A stretch of DNA of 64,000 nt. It comes from Longimicrobiales bacterium (lineage in GTDB: Bacteria > Gemmatimonadota > Gemmatimonadetes > Longimicrobiales > Gaopeijiaceae). Numbering within the stretch: the first letter of the stretch is position 1; the number at the start of each line of letters is the position of its first letter. Below are positions 1 to 10,718 of this stretch, piece after piece. The position numbers and the translations under genes are program-made. The stretch lies in the NCBI GenBank assembly GCA_965202805.1, contig OZ241869.1, forward strand, positions 1,824,001-1,888,000. The letters run 5' to 3'. The notes beneath the pieces were generated by a model, which searched no databases, was not told the DNA's origin, and was given only the letters and a program-made list of their open reading frames with translations.

Positions 1-2
1 CC

Positions 3-860
3 GACGGGCAGTTCATCGCGGTGCCGCACAACATTCTCTGGTGGCACGAGATCGTGAACTTCGACGACTACGGGAGCCCCATCGCCGTCACCTACTGTCC
101 CCTCACCGGGTCGAGCATGGTCTTCGACCGGTCTTCGGTGGATGGCGTCGATTTCGGCGTCTCCGGCCTCCTCTTCCACAACAACCTGATGATGTTCAAC
201 CGTCGCAGCGACGGATCGCAGGAGTCGCTCTTCCCGCAGATGCTGCGGGGTGCGCGATGCGGTCCGCTGGACGGCCAGCCGCTCGATCTGCTTCCGTCGA
301 TGGAGATCCGGTGGAAGGCCTGGAAGGACCTGCACCCCGAGACCCTGGTCGTTTCGGGCATCCGGGCCCGCGGCGCGGACTACGAGCACTACCCCTACGC
401 CGACTACGAGGTGGTCGACAACGCCCGCACCCTGTTCCCGCACCCCGAGATGGACACGCGTCGCTCTCCCAAGGAGCGTGTCCTCGGCATCCCGCGCGAC
501 CACGGGCACGGCATGGCGTATCCGTTCATCGTGCTCGAGAGCAGGGGCGATGTCGCGGTGGTGCACGACGACGTGCAGGGCTCGCAACCGGTGGTGGTGT
601 TCTGGTCCACCCGGGCGCAGGCGGCAGTGGCTTTCGAGCCGATGGCGAACGGCCAGCCCCTCACCTTCGAGGTCCGCGACGGCAGGTTCTTCGACGTGCA
701 GACCGGCAGCAGATGGACCCTCGATGGCCGTGCCGCCGATGGGCCCCTGGAGGGCGCGACGCTCGAACCGGTGCCGGACGCCTACGTGGCCTTCTGGTTC
801 GCGTGGGCGACCTTCCACCCCAACACGGACGTTCTGTCGGGCCCGCTCAGGATCTCCTGA
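3..860 (+). CDS. DUF3179 domain-containing protein (5' partial)
   Basis: Motifs HEIVN, VTYCPLTGS, FGVSGLL..NNL, FWFAW..FHP. The frame is open to the window edge. Confidence 0.8.
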   Translation, partial: DGQFIAVPHNILWWHEIVNFDDYGSPIAVTYCPLTGSSMVFDRSSVDGVDFGVSGLLFHNNLMMFNRRSDGSQESLFPQMLRGARCGPLDGQPLDLLPSMEIRWKAWKDLHPETLVVSGIRARGADYEHYPYADYEVVDNARTLFPHPEMDTRRSPKERVLGIPRDHGHGMAYPFIVLESRGDVAVVHDDVQGSQPVVVFWSTRAQAAVAFEPMANGQPLTFEVRDGRFFDVQTGSRWTLDGRAADGPLEGATLEPVPDAYVAFWFAWATFHPNTDVLSGPLRIS

Positions 861-2390
861 TCAATTCGGATCCCAGAACAGACGTATGTTCCAGGGCTCC
901 GATCCCAGCCCCTGGGCCGACTGCGCGGCCGTCAGGTTGGCGTTGTTCACCGACTCCTCGCTCTGCGGATACGGCAGCCGCACCGGGATGAGGTTGTTGT
1001 TCAGGTTGTCGGGGCCCGCCACCAGGCCGGGATAGCCGGCGCGCCGGAAGTAGGCCCACGCCTCCGGGCCCTGATCGTAGAGCGCGAACCACATCTGCTG
1101 GGCGATCTGGGCCAGCTGCGTGTCCATGTCCGAGGCGAACGCCACCATCGGCTGCGCCAGATAGGCGTCGATGTCGTCGGAGGAGACGTCGTAGGTCTCC
1201 ATCGACGCGCGAATCCCGGCCTCGTACAGGGCTCCGGCATCGCCACCGGCATACCCTCTCACCGCGGCCTCCGCCTGGAGCAGCGCCACTTCGGCGTACG
1301 ACTGGATCCAGGTCGGCGTGTTGGGCCGCAGGAACCACTTTCCGACCCGCGACACCTGCTCGAACTCGATCCCGTGGCTGTCGCTCATGCCGTTGGGCAT
1401 GCCGCGGAACTCGCCCGTCTCCCTGGCGGCATCGGCGTAGATGGAGAGCCTGGGGTCGTTGTGCTCGATGAGGGCGTCGACCATCGCCGCGCTGATGCGG
1501 AAGTCGCCCGGACGGGCGATGAACGCGGGGGCCATCGGGTTCTCGTTGGGCGGAGCGCCGATCCACGTCAGCTTCGCCTCGTCGTCCCGGCTCTGGAAGA
1601 CCCCCGACGAGATCGCGCTCGAAGCCTCCGACGCGCTCATGACGCGCATCGCCATGCGCAGCCGCAGCGAGTTGGCGAACCGCTGCCACTTGTACATGTC
1701 GCCCTCGTAGATCAGATCCGGATTGCCGACCGTCCCGCGGAACACATCCGGGAAGAGCCCGCTCATGGGAGCGATCTGGGCACTGGCCGCGGAGAGTTCC
1801 GCGAGCAGCGCGCTGTAGATGGACTGCGCGTCGTCGTAACCGGGCGTGATGTTGTTGGCGGCGAGCCCGCCCAGCGCCTCGGAATAGGGGATGTCTCCCC
1901 AGAGGTCCACCATGTTGTGGAACATCCACGCGCGCAGGATGCGCCCGACCGCCTCCTGGTTCGCCTCGCCTCTCTCGGCGGCCTTCTGCACGACGCCGTC
2001 GAAGTCCACCAGGGCCCCCGTGTAGAGGGTGGCCCAGAGGCCGTCCGAGAAGCTGCCGTCGATCTCGTAGCGATCGATGGAGCCGTACTGGAGGCGCGCG
2101 TAGTGCTGCACCCAGACCGAGGCCGTGCCCCGGTCGAAGCCGGTCCCCAGCAGGCTGGTCACGGCACCGACGATGCCCGCGGGCAGCAGGTACTGAACGC
2201 CCACGTCGGTGGGCGCGTTGGGGTTGGTGTTGATCCCCGTGAAGTCCTCCGTGCAGCCGGAGGCCCCCAGGCCGATCGCCACGATCAGACCGGCCGCGAG
2301 GCTCCTGTGTGTCATTCTCTTCGTATTCATTCCCGGTCTCCCGCTCGATTCAGATGTCTTCGGCATCATCGCTTTTTTCCGTCGAGACAT
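861..2390 (-). CDS. SusD/RagB family nutrient-binding outer-membrane lipoprotein
   Basis: Lipobox GASGC followed by INTNPNAP; motifs DLWGDIPYSEA, KWQRFANSLRLRMA, EAWAYFRRAGYP, IPVRLPYP. Lies directly downstream of SusC. Start is ATG 2390 or 2330. Confidence 0.9.
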   Translation of the reverse strand: MSRRKKAMMPKTSESSGRPGMNTKRMTHRSLAAGLIVAIGLGASGCTEDFTGINTNPNAPTDVGVQYLLPAGIVGAVTSLLGTGFDRGTASVWVQHYARLQYGSIDRYEIDGSFSDGLWATLYTGALVDFDGVVQKAAERGEANQEAVGRILRAWMFHNMVDLWGDIPYSEALGGLAANNITPGYDDAQSIYSALLAELSAASAQIAPMSGLFPDVFRGTVGNPDLIYEGDMYKWQRFANSLRLRMAMRVMSASEASSAISSGVFQSRDDEAKLTWIGAPPNENPMAPAFIARPGDFRISAAMVDALIEHNDPRLSIYADAARETGEFRGMPNGMSDSHGIEFEQVSRVGKWFLRPNTPTWIQSYAEVALLQAEAAVRGYAGGDAGALYEAGIRASMETYDVSSDDIDAYLAQPMVAFASDMDTQLAQIAQQMWFALYDQGPEAWAYFRRAGYPGLVAGPDNLNNNLIPVRLPYPQSEESVNNANLTAAQSAQGLGSEPWNIRLFWDPN

Positions 2391-2400
2391 GTTCGCCACC

Positions 2401-5400
2401 TCAGTGCACGACGGAGATGTTGATCCCGAAGGTCCGCGGCGTCGGGAACTGCTTGTCCTCGATGCCGGCGAGGTTCGCTTCGGTGACGCTGCCTTCGATC
2501 GCGGCGGTCTCCGGATCGATGTGGGGGATCGCGGTCCACAGCCACAGGTTGCGGCCCACGAAGGTGATGCGGGCCTGCGACACCGGGAGCGCGTCCAGAT
2601 ACGCGGGCGGCAGATCGAAGGCGATCGCGACCTCGCGCAGCTTGGTGTAGTTGTTGTCGAAGAGCCACTCGGTATCCACGTCGTCCAGGCGCGTGCCCAG
2701 CGTCCGCGGCGACACCGCCACCGTGTTCGCCGATCCACCCTCGGTCACCCCGGGGAACACGACCGGGCCCCGGCCGGTGACGCGGTCCGGATCCCAGTCC
2801 CTGGGGGTCGGGTTGGCCGACTCGTACAGCACGCCGGTGCGGTAGCCGAGCCGGCAGGAGCCGCAGAAGATCTGCCCGCCGCGGCGCGTGTCGACCTGGG
2901 CGCTCACGGTGAAGGAGCCGTAGGAGAGCGTGCTGCGCACGCCGCCGATCCAGTCCGGCTGGTAGGACCCGATGATCTCGGAGGATCCCCGGATCGGCAG
3001 CCCGTTGGAGCCGACGATGATGTTGCCGGCCGTGTCCCGCCTCCACACCGGGCCGAAGAACACCCCGTACGGATGGCCGGGCCGGGCTTCCACCGCGCCC
3101 CGGATGCCGCCGGCGCGCCCGATCACGATCGACTCGAGGCCGGGAGCGAGTTCAAGCACCTCGGAGTCGTTCTTCCCGAAGTTGAACGACATGTCCCACG
3201 CCAGCCCGCCGGGCTGGTTCAGCAGGTCGACCGTCAGCAGCGCCTCGATGCCCTTGTTGCGCACCGAGCCCGCGTTCAGCACCTGGCGGTTGTAGCCGCT
3301 GGCCTCCGACACGTCCACCGCGAGGATCTGGTCGCGCGTGGTCGAGTTGTAGTAGGTCAGGTCGAGCGCGGCGCGGTCGAACCAGAAGCGCAGGTCGGCG
3401 CCGATCTCCCAGGACCTGGTCTCCTCGGGCCTGAGCTCGGCGTTGGGGATGGTGTTGCTCGTCGTGTAGCCGGGGATGTTCCCGAACTTGTCGACCTCGG
3501 AGTAGACCGAGGTGAGCTGGTACGGATCCGCGTCGTTCCCCACCTTCGCCCAGCTCGCCCGCAGCTTCCCGTAGGAGAGGACGTCGGAGTCGAGATTGAG
3601 GGCGTCGGTGAAGACCAGGCTCCCCGAGTAGGACGGGTAGAAGTAGGAGCGGTTGTCCTCGGGGAGGGTCGAGGACCAGTCGTTGCGGGCCGTGACGTCG
3701 ACGAAGGCGAAGTCGCGGTAGCCCACGGTGAACAGGCCGTAGAGGCTGTTCACGTGCTTCCTCTCGATGACGTAGTTGAGCAGCGGTGGCGCCGCCGAGT
3801 TGCTCACGTTGTAGATGTCCGGGACGTTGAGCTTGCGGCTTCCCGCCTCCTGCAGGTCGAAGTCGTTGCGGCGCATGTTGGCCCCGCCGCTGACGTTGAG
3901 CGAGAAGTCCGTGGTCAGCTGCCGGTTCGCGGTGACCAGCGCCTCCAGATTGGTCTCCTGGTGGAACGACGCGGCCTCCACGAAGCCGCCCTCGGGCGTG
4001 TCCTGGGAGTAGAAGGGGTAGACCTCCTTGTTGGACTGCTCGAACCAGTCCGTGCCCAGGCGCACGCGCGCGTTCAGCCAGTCGCCCGCCAGCTGGTAGT
4101 TGCCGGTGATCTGGCCGAGGACGCGGTTGCGCCGGTCGTCGTTGCTCCGGTAGTTCTGGACCCAGTAGACGTTGTCGTGATAGTTGTGGTTCCAGTTCGG
4201 GGTCAGGACGCCGGAGGCCGGATCCCACTCCTCGTTGGCGCGCTCCATGCGCTTCGCGTCGACCTGGCGCTGGAACCAGTTGAAGATGTGGATGGCGTAG
4301 TAGGAGCCGTTCCCCGGCGCGGGCCGGTTGTGCCCCTGGGTCTGGGTGTACTGGAAGGAGCCGTCCAGGTCGAAGCGCTCGGTTACCTGCACCCCGGCGT
4401 TCAACGCCAGCTGGGTGCGCTCGAGTTCGTTGCGCGGGGCCATGCCGGTCGCGTCCATGCGCAGCGCCGAGAAGCGCACGTTGGAGCGGTCGGTGGCGTG
4501 GGAGATGGCGAAGTTGGTCGTGAGGTTGTTCCCGGTCTGGAAGTACTCCCTCACGTTCATCGGCGAGGGCAGCCAGGGCTGCGGCACGCCGTTCGACCAC
4601 CACTGGGGATACAGGCGCCCGTCGAGGGCCGGGCCCCAGCTCTCGTCCACGCCGTCGTTCTCGCCGCCGCCCCGCCCGTCGACCCAGTTGTAGCCGTCGT
4701 CGGTGGCGCCGCCCCCGTAGATGTTCTGGTACTTGACCATGCGCAGCGGCGACTCCACGACGAAGTTGCTGCTCGCCGTGATGGTCGTGACGCCGAGCGC
4801 GCCCCGCCCCGACTTGGTCACGATCTCCACGACCCCGTTGGAGGCGCGCGACCCGTACAGGGCGGCCGCGTTGGCGCCCCGGAGCACCGTGATCGACTCG
4901 ATGTTCGAGGGATCGATGTCCTGGGCCATGTTGCCGTAGTCGATGCCGCTGCGGTTGCGCACCACCGCGCCCCGGGTCCCGCCGTTGGCGGCCGTCTCGC
5001 GCCGGCTGTTGTCGATGGGCACGCCGTCGACCACGATCAGCGGCTCGTTGTTTCCGGAGATGGAGGCGACCCCGCGCAGGATCATCTTCGAGGTGCCGCC
5101 CAGCACCGCCGGGGGCGTCACCACCAGCCCGGCCACCTTGCCGGCCAGGTTGCTGATCACGTTGTTGTCGCGCACCTCGACCAGCTCGTCGCCGTCGATC
5201 CCCTGCACGGAATAGCCCAGGCTGCGCTCTTCACGGGTGATGCCGAGCGCGGTGACCACCACTTCCTCGAGCAGCAGCGCCTCGCTCTCGAGCGCGAAGT
5301 CGGCCACGGCTGCCGCGTCCGCGTTGACCGTAACCACTGCGGTCGCAGTCACATAGCCCAGTCGCTCGGCCTGGATCGTCACCTCCCCCACCGGCACGCC

Positions 5401-5610
5401 GGGGATGAGGTAGCGGCCTTCAGCGTTGGTCGTGCCTCCGATCCCCTGCCCCACGATCGACACCTGGACGGCGTCGAGGGGGCCCAGCGTCCCCGCGTCC
5501 GTGATCACGCCGGTGACGCTGCCGGTCTGCGCCCGGAGGAGCGACGGGGCCGTCAGGAGCGCCATCGCCAGGAAGGCGATCGGCACTGTCCATACCTTGG
5601 AGTGCTTCAT
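2401..5610 (-). CDS. SusC/RagA family TonB-linked outer-membrane protein
   Basis: Signal peptide, CarboxypepD_reg-like N-terminus, plug motifs (EEVVVTALG, PLIVVDGVP, GANAAALYGSRASNGV), C-terminal PTPRTFGINISV. Confidence 0.95.
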   Translation of the reverse strand: MKHSKVWTVPIAFLAMALLTAPSLLRAQTGSVTGVITDAGTLGPLDAVQVSIVGQGIGGTTNAEGRYLIPGVPVGEVTIQAERLGYVTATAVVTVNADAAAVADFALESEALLLEEVVVTALGITREERSLGYSVQGIDGDELVEVRDNNVISNLAGKVAGLVVTPPAVLGGTSKMILRGVASISGNNEPLIVVDGVPIDNSRRETAANGGTRGAVVRNRSGIDYGNMAQDIDPSNIESITVLRGANAAALYGSRASNGVVEIVTKSGRGALGVTTITASSNFVVESPLRMVKYQNIYGGGATDDGYNWVDGRGGGENDGVDESWGPALDGRLYPQWWSNGVPQPWLPSPMNVREYFQTGNNLTTNFAISHATDRSNVRFSALRMDATGMAPRNELERTQLALNAGVQVTERFDLDGSFQYTQTQGHNRPAPGNGSYYAIHIFNWFQRQVDAKRMERANEEWDPASGVLTPNWNHNYHDNVYWVQNYRSNDDRRNRVLGQITGNYQLAGDWLNARVRLGTDWFEQSNKEVYPFYSQDTPEGGFVEAASFHQETNLEALVTANRQLTTDFSLNVSGGANMRRNDFDLQEAGSRKLNVPDIYNVSNSAAPPLLNYVIERKHVNSLYGLFTVGYRDFAFVDVTARNDWSSTLPEDNRSYFYPSYSGSLVFTDALNLDSDVLSYGKLRASWAKVGNDADPYQLTSVYSEVDKFGNIPGYTTSNTIPNAELRPEETRSWEIGADLRFWFDRAALDLTYYNSTTRDQILAVDVSEASGYNRQVLNAGSVRNKGIEALLTVDLLNQPGGLAWDMSFNFGKNDSEVLELAPGLESIVIGRAGGIRGAVEARPGHPYGVFFGPVWRRDTAGNIIVGSNGLPIRGSSEIIGSYQPDWIGGVRSTLSYGSFTVSAQVDTRRGGQIFCGSCRLGYRTGVLYESANPTPRDWDPDRVTGRGPVVFPGVTEGGSANTVAVSPRTLGTRLDDVDTEWLFDNNYTKLREVAIAFDLPPAYLDALPVSQARITFVGRNLWLWTAIPHIDPETAAIEGSVTEANLAGIEDKQFPTPRTFGINISVVH

Positions 5611-5631
5611 GATTGACCTCCTTGCAAAGTT

Positions 5632-6225
5632 CTAGCCGCCCCAGCGGTAGCCGAATCCCACGCTGAACGAGGTGTCCAGCTGCGACTCGTCCAGGATGTG
5701 GTTCTGGTACGTCCAGGTGGTGGCGTCCGCGAAGACGAACGCGTTCGATTCCAGGAGGAACCGGACGCCCGCGCCGAAGACACCCGTGAACTCGGTGACG
5801 TCGTACGCGTAGCTGTTGATGTCCTGGCCCTGCCGGTCCACGACGACCAGCCCGCCGCCCGCCAGGACGTACGGCTCCATGCTGCCGCCGGTCATGAGCA
5901 GGACTTCGACGCCGCCGCCGTAGTACTGCCGTCCGAGATCGACCGGCTCGTTGATGCCGCCGGTGTTGTCGGTTCCGGACTTGGAGGTGAGGCTGACGTC
6001 TCCGCGGATCGAGATGCGCTCGTAGAGCTGAAGCGCCGCCCCGGCACCGAAGCGGACGCCCATCCCGTACGAGACCGCCCGATCCGCATCGTAGCCCGCG
6101 GGGTTGTTGATGAGCCCGCCGTGGGCGGAGAGGGAGAAGCTGCTGACGGGTTCCTGCGCGTTGGCGGGAAGCGCCGCGAAGGCACCCGCAAGCACTGCGA
6201 GGACAAGTCTCCGTACACCTGACAT
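5632..6225 (-). CDS. Outer-membrane beta-barrel protein
   Basis: Signal peptide from MSGVRR with RBS AAGGAGG; amphipathic strands (PYVLAGGG, GVFGAGVRF); ends FSVGFGYRW. Confidence 0.75.
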   Translation of the reverse strand: MSGVRRLVLAVLAGAFAALPANAQEPVSSFSLSAHGGLINNPAGYDADRAVSYGMGVRFGAGAALQLYERISIRGDVSLTSKSGTDNTGGINEPVDLGRQYYGGGVEVLLMTGGSMEPYVLAGGGLVVVDRQGQDINSYAYDVTEFTGVFGAGVRFLLESNAFVFADATTWTYQNHILDESQLDTSFSVGFGYRWGG

Positions 6226-6516
6226 GGAGCCCTCCTTACTGCTGTCGAGGCAGGGACCTGAGAAGCCGGGGGGGCCGGCGGGTCGAGCCTCGGGAAACAT
6301 CGGAAAACCCGTATTATGGGATGATCGCGAGTTCCGCGTCAAGAGCTTTTGGATGTCGCGCCTCGCGCGCGCACGCTATGTTTGCACGTGTACGCAGCAT
6401 GCACGCCGTACGTGTACGCCGCACCTGCACGCACACGCCACACTTGTTCCGAGAGCGCGTCTGGATGCGCTCTTCACACCAGCCGGGGACGCGATGCCGC
6501 CCTTCCTCCTGACGCG

Positions 6517-8853
6517 ATGCTGCCCATCCTCCTGAGCGCGCTCAGCGCGGCGCCGGCGATGCAGGAAGCGCAGGCGGCGTATGCCGGGCTCGCAGGCGAG
6601 ACCGAGGTCGCGGTCCCGCGCCTGGAGCAGGACGCCGACATCGACGGGTTCCTGGACGAGCCCGCGTGGCTCGCCGCAGCGGTGCTCACCGGCTTCTCGC
6701 AGTACGAGCCCGTGGACCAGAGGCCGGCCGCCGACACCACCCAGGTCCTGGTCTGGTACTCCCCGACCGGCATCTACTTCGGCATCAGGGCCTTCGACGC
6801 CTCGGGATCGGTCAACGCCACGCTCGCCGACCGCGACCGGATCGAGGGCGACGACTACGTCCAGCTCCTCCTCGACACCTTCGACGACCGGCGCCAGGCC
6901 TTCCTCTTCGGCGTGAACCCGTTCGGCATCCAGCAGGACGGCAACCGCACCGAGGGGGAGCAGGGGCGGGCGAGCCGGGGCGTGGAGGTGAGCGAGACCA
7001 ACCTCACGCCGGATTACGTCTTCGATTCGAGGGGCAGGCTCACCGACTACGGCTACGAGGTCGAGCTCCACATCCCCTTCCAGAGCATCAGCTACCAGGC
7101 CGCCGACGTGCAGAGCTGGGGCATCAACGTCGTCCGCAAGGTGCAGCATTCGGGGTACACCGACACGTGGACGCCCGCGCTGCGGGGCGCCGCATCGTTC
7201 CTCGGCCAGTCGGGGCGGCTGGTGGGCCTGCGCGACCTCACCCGGGGCATGGTGGTCGACTTCACGCCGGCCGTGACCGCGGCGCTGAACGGCGCGCCCG
7301 ACGGGAGCGAGGCCTGGAGCTACGGCTCGGATGCGGAGATGGGGGGCAACCTGCGCTGGGGCGTGAGCGCCAACCTCACGCTCGACGCCACCGTGAATCC
7401 CGACTTCTCCCACGTCGAGGCCGATGTGGGGCAGGTCTCGAGCAACGAGCGCTTCGCCCTCTTCTTCCCCGAGAAGCGGCCCTTCTTCCTCGAGGGCATC
7501 GACCGCTTCGACGCCCCCAACCGGCTCATCTACACGCGCCGGCTGCAGAACCCGGTCACGGGGGTCAAGCTGACCGGGAAGGCGGCCGGGATGAACATCG
7601 GTCTGCTGTCGGGCATCGACGGGGCGGTCCCGACCAGCGCGGGCGCGGACTCGAACCCGTACTTCAACGCGCTCCGGCTGCAGCGCGACATCGGCGGGCA
7701 GTCCACGGTCGGGATGGTGTACACGGACCGCATTCTGGGGGGCGACTTCAACCGGGTGGCGGCGGCCGACACGCGCCTCGTCTTCGGTGGGGTGTACACG
7801 ATGTCCCTCCAGGGGGGCGCGAGCTTCACCCGGTCAGCGGGAACGACCACCGGCGCGCCCATCTGGGAGGCGGTCTTCCAGCGCACCGGGCGCCGGCTGG
7901 TGCTCAACTATCGCATCACCGGCATCCACCCCGACTTCGAGACCCAGGCCGGCTTCGTCAACCGCCCCGGCGTCGTCCACACCCGGACCAGCAACAGCGT
8001 GAACTTCTACGGAGGGCCGGGCGCCCTCATCGAGCGCTGGACACCGGGCTTCAGCACGATGGGCTGGTGGGGATACCACGGGTTCGGGAGCGACGCGCCC
8101 GAGGAGACCAAGACCTTCCTGTCGAGCACCTTCCAGCTTCGCGGGGGATGGTCGATGCGCGTGAGCCACGGATGGGAGAGCTACGCATTCAAGCCCGAGT
8201 GGTACACCAACTACGGGGTAATTCGGCCGGGACCGGCGGGCGCCGACACGGTGTTCTGGGACGCCCCCGACCGAATCACCGACGTGCGCGGCTGGATCAC
8301 CAACGTCACCACGCCCGAGTTCTCATCGTTCTCGGCCAGGGTCGGCGTGAACGTGTGGCAGGACGCGGGCTTCGCCGAGGCGCGCGGCGTCTGGCTCTAC
8401 CGCCCCAACGTGACGGTCAACTGGCGCCCCACGGACCAGTTCCGTCTCAACTTCCTCTACAACCAGCTCACCCTCGACCGCCGCTCCGACGGGTCGAACA
8501 TGTCGACCCAGCGGATTCCCCGGCTCTCGCTCGAGTACCAGATCTCGCGCTTCCTCTTCGTGCGCCTGGTGGGCCAGTACGACTCCTTCCGGCGGGACGC
8601 GCTCCGGGCCGGCGACACCGACGAACCCATCTTCCTCTTCGACCCGGACATGGGCGCGTGGATGCCCTCGCGGGCCACGGAGGAAAACCGGTTCACCGGG
8701 GATGTCCTGCTGTCGTACCGCCCCACGCCCGGAACCGTCGTCTTCCTCGGCTACGGCGCGGCCGCCGACGATCCCGACGCCTTCCGTTTCCGGCGCATGG
8801 CGAGGGGCGAGGACCGGTTCTTCATGAAGCTGAGTTACCTGTTCCGGCGGTAG
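6517..8853 (+). CDS. Carbohydrate-binding family 9-like / DUF5916 outer-membrane protein
   Basis: IDGFLDEPAW, LDATVNPDFSHVEAD, LFFPEKRPFFLEG; ends FFMKLSYLF. Confidence 0.85.
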   Translation: MLPILLSALSAAPAMQEAQAAYAGLAGETEVAVPRLEQDADIDGFLDEPAWLAAAVLTGFSQYEPVDQRPAADTTQVLVWYSPTGIYFGIRAFDASGSVNATLADRDRIEGDDYVQLLLDTFDDRRQAFLFGVNPFGIQQDGNRTEGEQGRASRGVEVSETNLTPDYVFDSRGRLTDYGYEVELHIPFQSISYQAADVQSWGINVVRKVQHSGYTDTWTPALRGAASFLGQSGRLVGLRDLTRGMVVDFTPAVTAALNGAPDGSEAWSYGSDAEMGGNLRWGVSANLTLDATVNPDFSHVEADVGQVSSNERFALFFPEKRPFFLEGIDRFDAPNRLIYTRRLQNPVTGVKLTGKAAGMNIGLLSGIDGAVPTSAGADSNPYFNALRLQRDIGGQSTVGMVYTDRILGGDFNRVAAADTRLVFGGVYTMSLQGGASFTRSAGTTTGAPIWEAVFQRTGRRLVLNYRITGIHPDFETQAGFVNRPGVVHTRTSNSVNFYGGPGALIERWTPGFSTMGWWGYHGFGSDAPEETKTFLSSTFQLRGGWSMRVSHGWESYAFKPEWYTNYGVIRPGPAGADTVFWDAPDRITDVRGWITNVTTPEFSSFSARVGVNVWQDAGFAEARGVWLYRPNVTVNWRPTDQFRLNFLYNQLTLDRRSDGSNMSTQRIPRLSLEYQISRFLFVRLVGQYDSFRRDALRAGDTDEPIFLFDPDMGAWMPSRATEENRFTGDVLLSYRPTPGTVVFLGYGAAADDPDAFRFRRMARGEDRFFMKLSYLFRR

Positions 8854-9115
8854 CGGGATGGCGGGGCCAGGGCTCCCTCGCCCCAACCCCCTAGCGTGCA
8901 ATCGCACGTGGCGTTAGCGTTTTCTCGGGACGCACCTACGCAGCGGTTCGCCGCATGCCGTACTGCCCCCGATCCGAAGCCCGCGCCTCGGCGCGGGCTT
9001 TCGTGTGGCTGCTCCTTGCCGGGAGGGGTTGTTTGGTGTCGACGTTCTTCGCCTACCTCGACGGGTTCGGCCGCATGGGTCCCTACGTCAGCCGCAACCA
9101 TCCTCGCTATAACGG

Positions 9116-10046
9116 GGGCCGGGAAAGAGCCATCGGCAGGGAATCAGCCTGCTGGATCTGGCTGATATGGTCCCGGACGAGGAAGCGGCGGTCGAGTGGT
9201 TCGAGTACTGGCACTGGCCGGACGGCGAGATGGCGTGCATGCGCTGCGGGAGCCCAAACTGCTACCGCGTCAAGAGCGGCAAGCCGATGCCGTATCGCTG
9301 CCGGGACTGCAAGAAGTACCTTCTCGCTCAAGGCGGGCACGTCGATGGAAGCGAGCAACCTGCCGCTTCGGAAGTGGGTCTACGCCATCTATCTCGAACT
9401 CACGAGCCTCAAGGGCGTGAGCAGCATGAAACTGCACCGCGACCTCAAGATTTCGCAGTCGGCAGCGTGGTTCATGAAGCACCTCATCCGCGAGGGCTTG
9501 GCGGCAGAGACGGAGCGTTTGTTCTACGGTCCGGTCGAGGCGGACGAGTGCTACATCGGCGGGCTGGAGAAGAACAAGGCGAAGCACAAGCGGACGCCAG
9601 GACGCGGGCCATCGAGCAAGCAGCCGGTCGTCGGGATCAAGGACCGCGACTCGAACTCGATAGCAGCGCGCGTGGTGGACCGCCTGGACGCGGAGACGCT
9701 GCAAGGCGTCGTGGACGAGCACGCGGTTCCGGGCGCGCAACTCTACACGGACGACACGAGCGCCTATAAAAGTACAGACCGACCGCATGAGACGGTGAAG
9801 CACTCGGTCGGCGAGTACGTCCGGGGGATGGCGCACACGAACGGAGTCGAGAGCTTTTGGGCGATGCTACGCAGGGGCTACCACGGCGTCTACCACAAGA
9901 TCAGCATCAAGCACTTGCAGAGGCACGTCAACGAGTACGCGGGCCGGCACAACCTGCGCGAGCTTGACACCATCGACCAGATGCACCACGTCGTCGCGGG
10001 CATGGTCGGACGGCGGCTGCTCTACCGGGATCTGGTGGCGGATTAG
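9116..10046 (+). pseudogene. IS1595-family transposase, frameshifted and lacking a start codon
   Basis: N-terminal GPGKSHRQGISLLDLADM..PDEEAA and a Zn ribbon (CMRC..CRDC) are in one frame. The DDE region (VEADECYIGG, YTDD, HTNGVESFWA) is in another. The shift is at AAGTACCTTC near 9320, and an in-frame TAA lies just upstream at 9110. Confidence 0.85.
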
Positions 10047-10122
10047 GGCTTCTTCTTGCGCCTACAGGTCGGCGCTGGGAGGGGTCGCTTGGCCACAAGG
10101 AGGCCAGAGGACTCTCGGGAAG

Positions 10123-10156
10123 GTTCTAATAACTACCTGCCGGTAGTTATTAGAAC
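10123..10156. repeat. Perfect 15-bp-arm AT-rich inverted repeat
   Basis: GTTCTAATAACTACC-tgcc-GGTAGTTATTAGAAC. Confidence 0.85.
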
Positions 10157-10326
10157 ATGTAGTTAACTAAGGGGTGATGTAAGCAGATACACTTAACCCG
10201 GCAAGCTTGCTGGGAGAGAAGATACGTGGCGTTGATGGGTTTGTCAACCTCTTGACGGACACCAGTGCAACTTTTTCGAATCCCTACCAGTAGTAAGGAT
10301 GTCCAAGCAACCCTAGGAGGAGAACC

Positions 10327-10713
10327 ATGACCACAGGAGATCGCCTCGTCGTCGTTGACTGCGACTTGACGATGGCCTACAACGAGAGGGCTGGGCTGTA
10401 CGCAGCTCGGTTCAGGAATCTAGGGCTTACCTCTTTCGGGAGCACGCAGGCACAGGCTGTCGCGCGCCTCAAGAAGCAGTTCAACATCTTCATCCACACG
10501 CACCGAGACATGGGCGTGCTGGAAAAGACCCTGAACGACCTCGGGGCCACCTGGTATTGGGCAGACCAGTACCCGGAGAGCGCTCCACCCTACGAGAACA
10601 CCAACCTCATCCCATCCAAGGACGAACTGGTCCGCAAAGCCCTAGAGCAGGTGCACTGGAGGCCAACAACATCCGCGATGGCGGCGAACAACCATATGGC
10701 GGCGGCCGCCTAG
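10327..10713 (+). CDS. HicB-like (partial RNase H fold) putative antitoxin
   Basis: RBS AGGAGG; YAARFRNLGLTSFGSTQAQAVARL resembles the HicB N-terminal motif. Confidence 0.5.
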   Translation: MTTGDRLVVVDCDLTMAYNERAGLYAARFRNLGLTSFGSTQAQAVARLKKQFNIFIHTHRDMGVLEKTLNDLGATWYWADQYPESAPPYENTNLIPSKDELVRKALEQVHWRPTTSAMAANNHMAAAA

Positions 10714-10718
10714 ACCTG

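Noticed and set aside
2391..2738. N-terminal extension of SusD in the ORF track
   Set aside because: Overlaps the SusC 3' end; the RBS (GAGGT) and lipoprotein signal indicate a start at 2390 or later.
2209..5616. 1135-aa plus-strand ORF
   Set aside because: Antisense shadow of SusC caused by high-GC codon bias.
9310..9330. Programmed frameshift in the IS1595 transposase
   Set aside because: No slippery heptamer, IS1595 transposases are normally single ORFs, and the start is also lost, so mutation or sequencing error is more likely.
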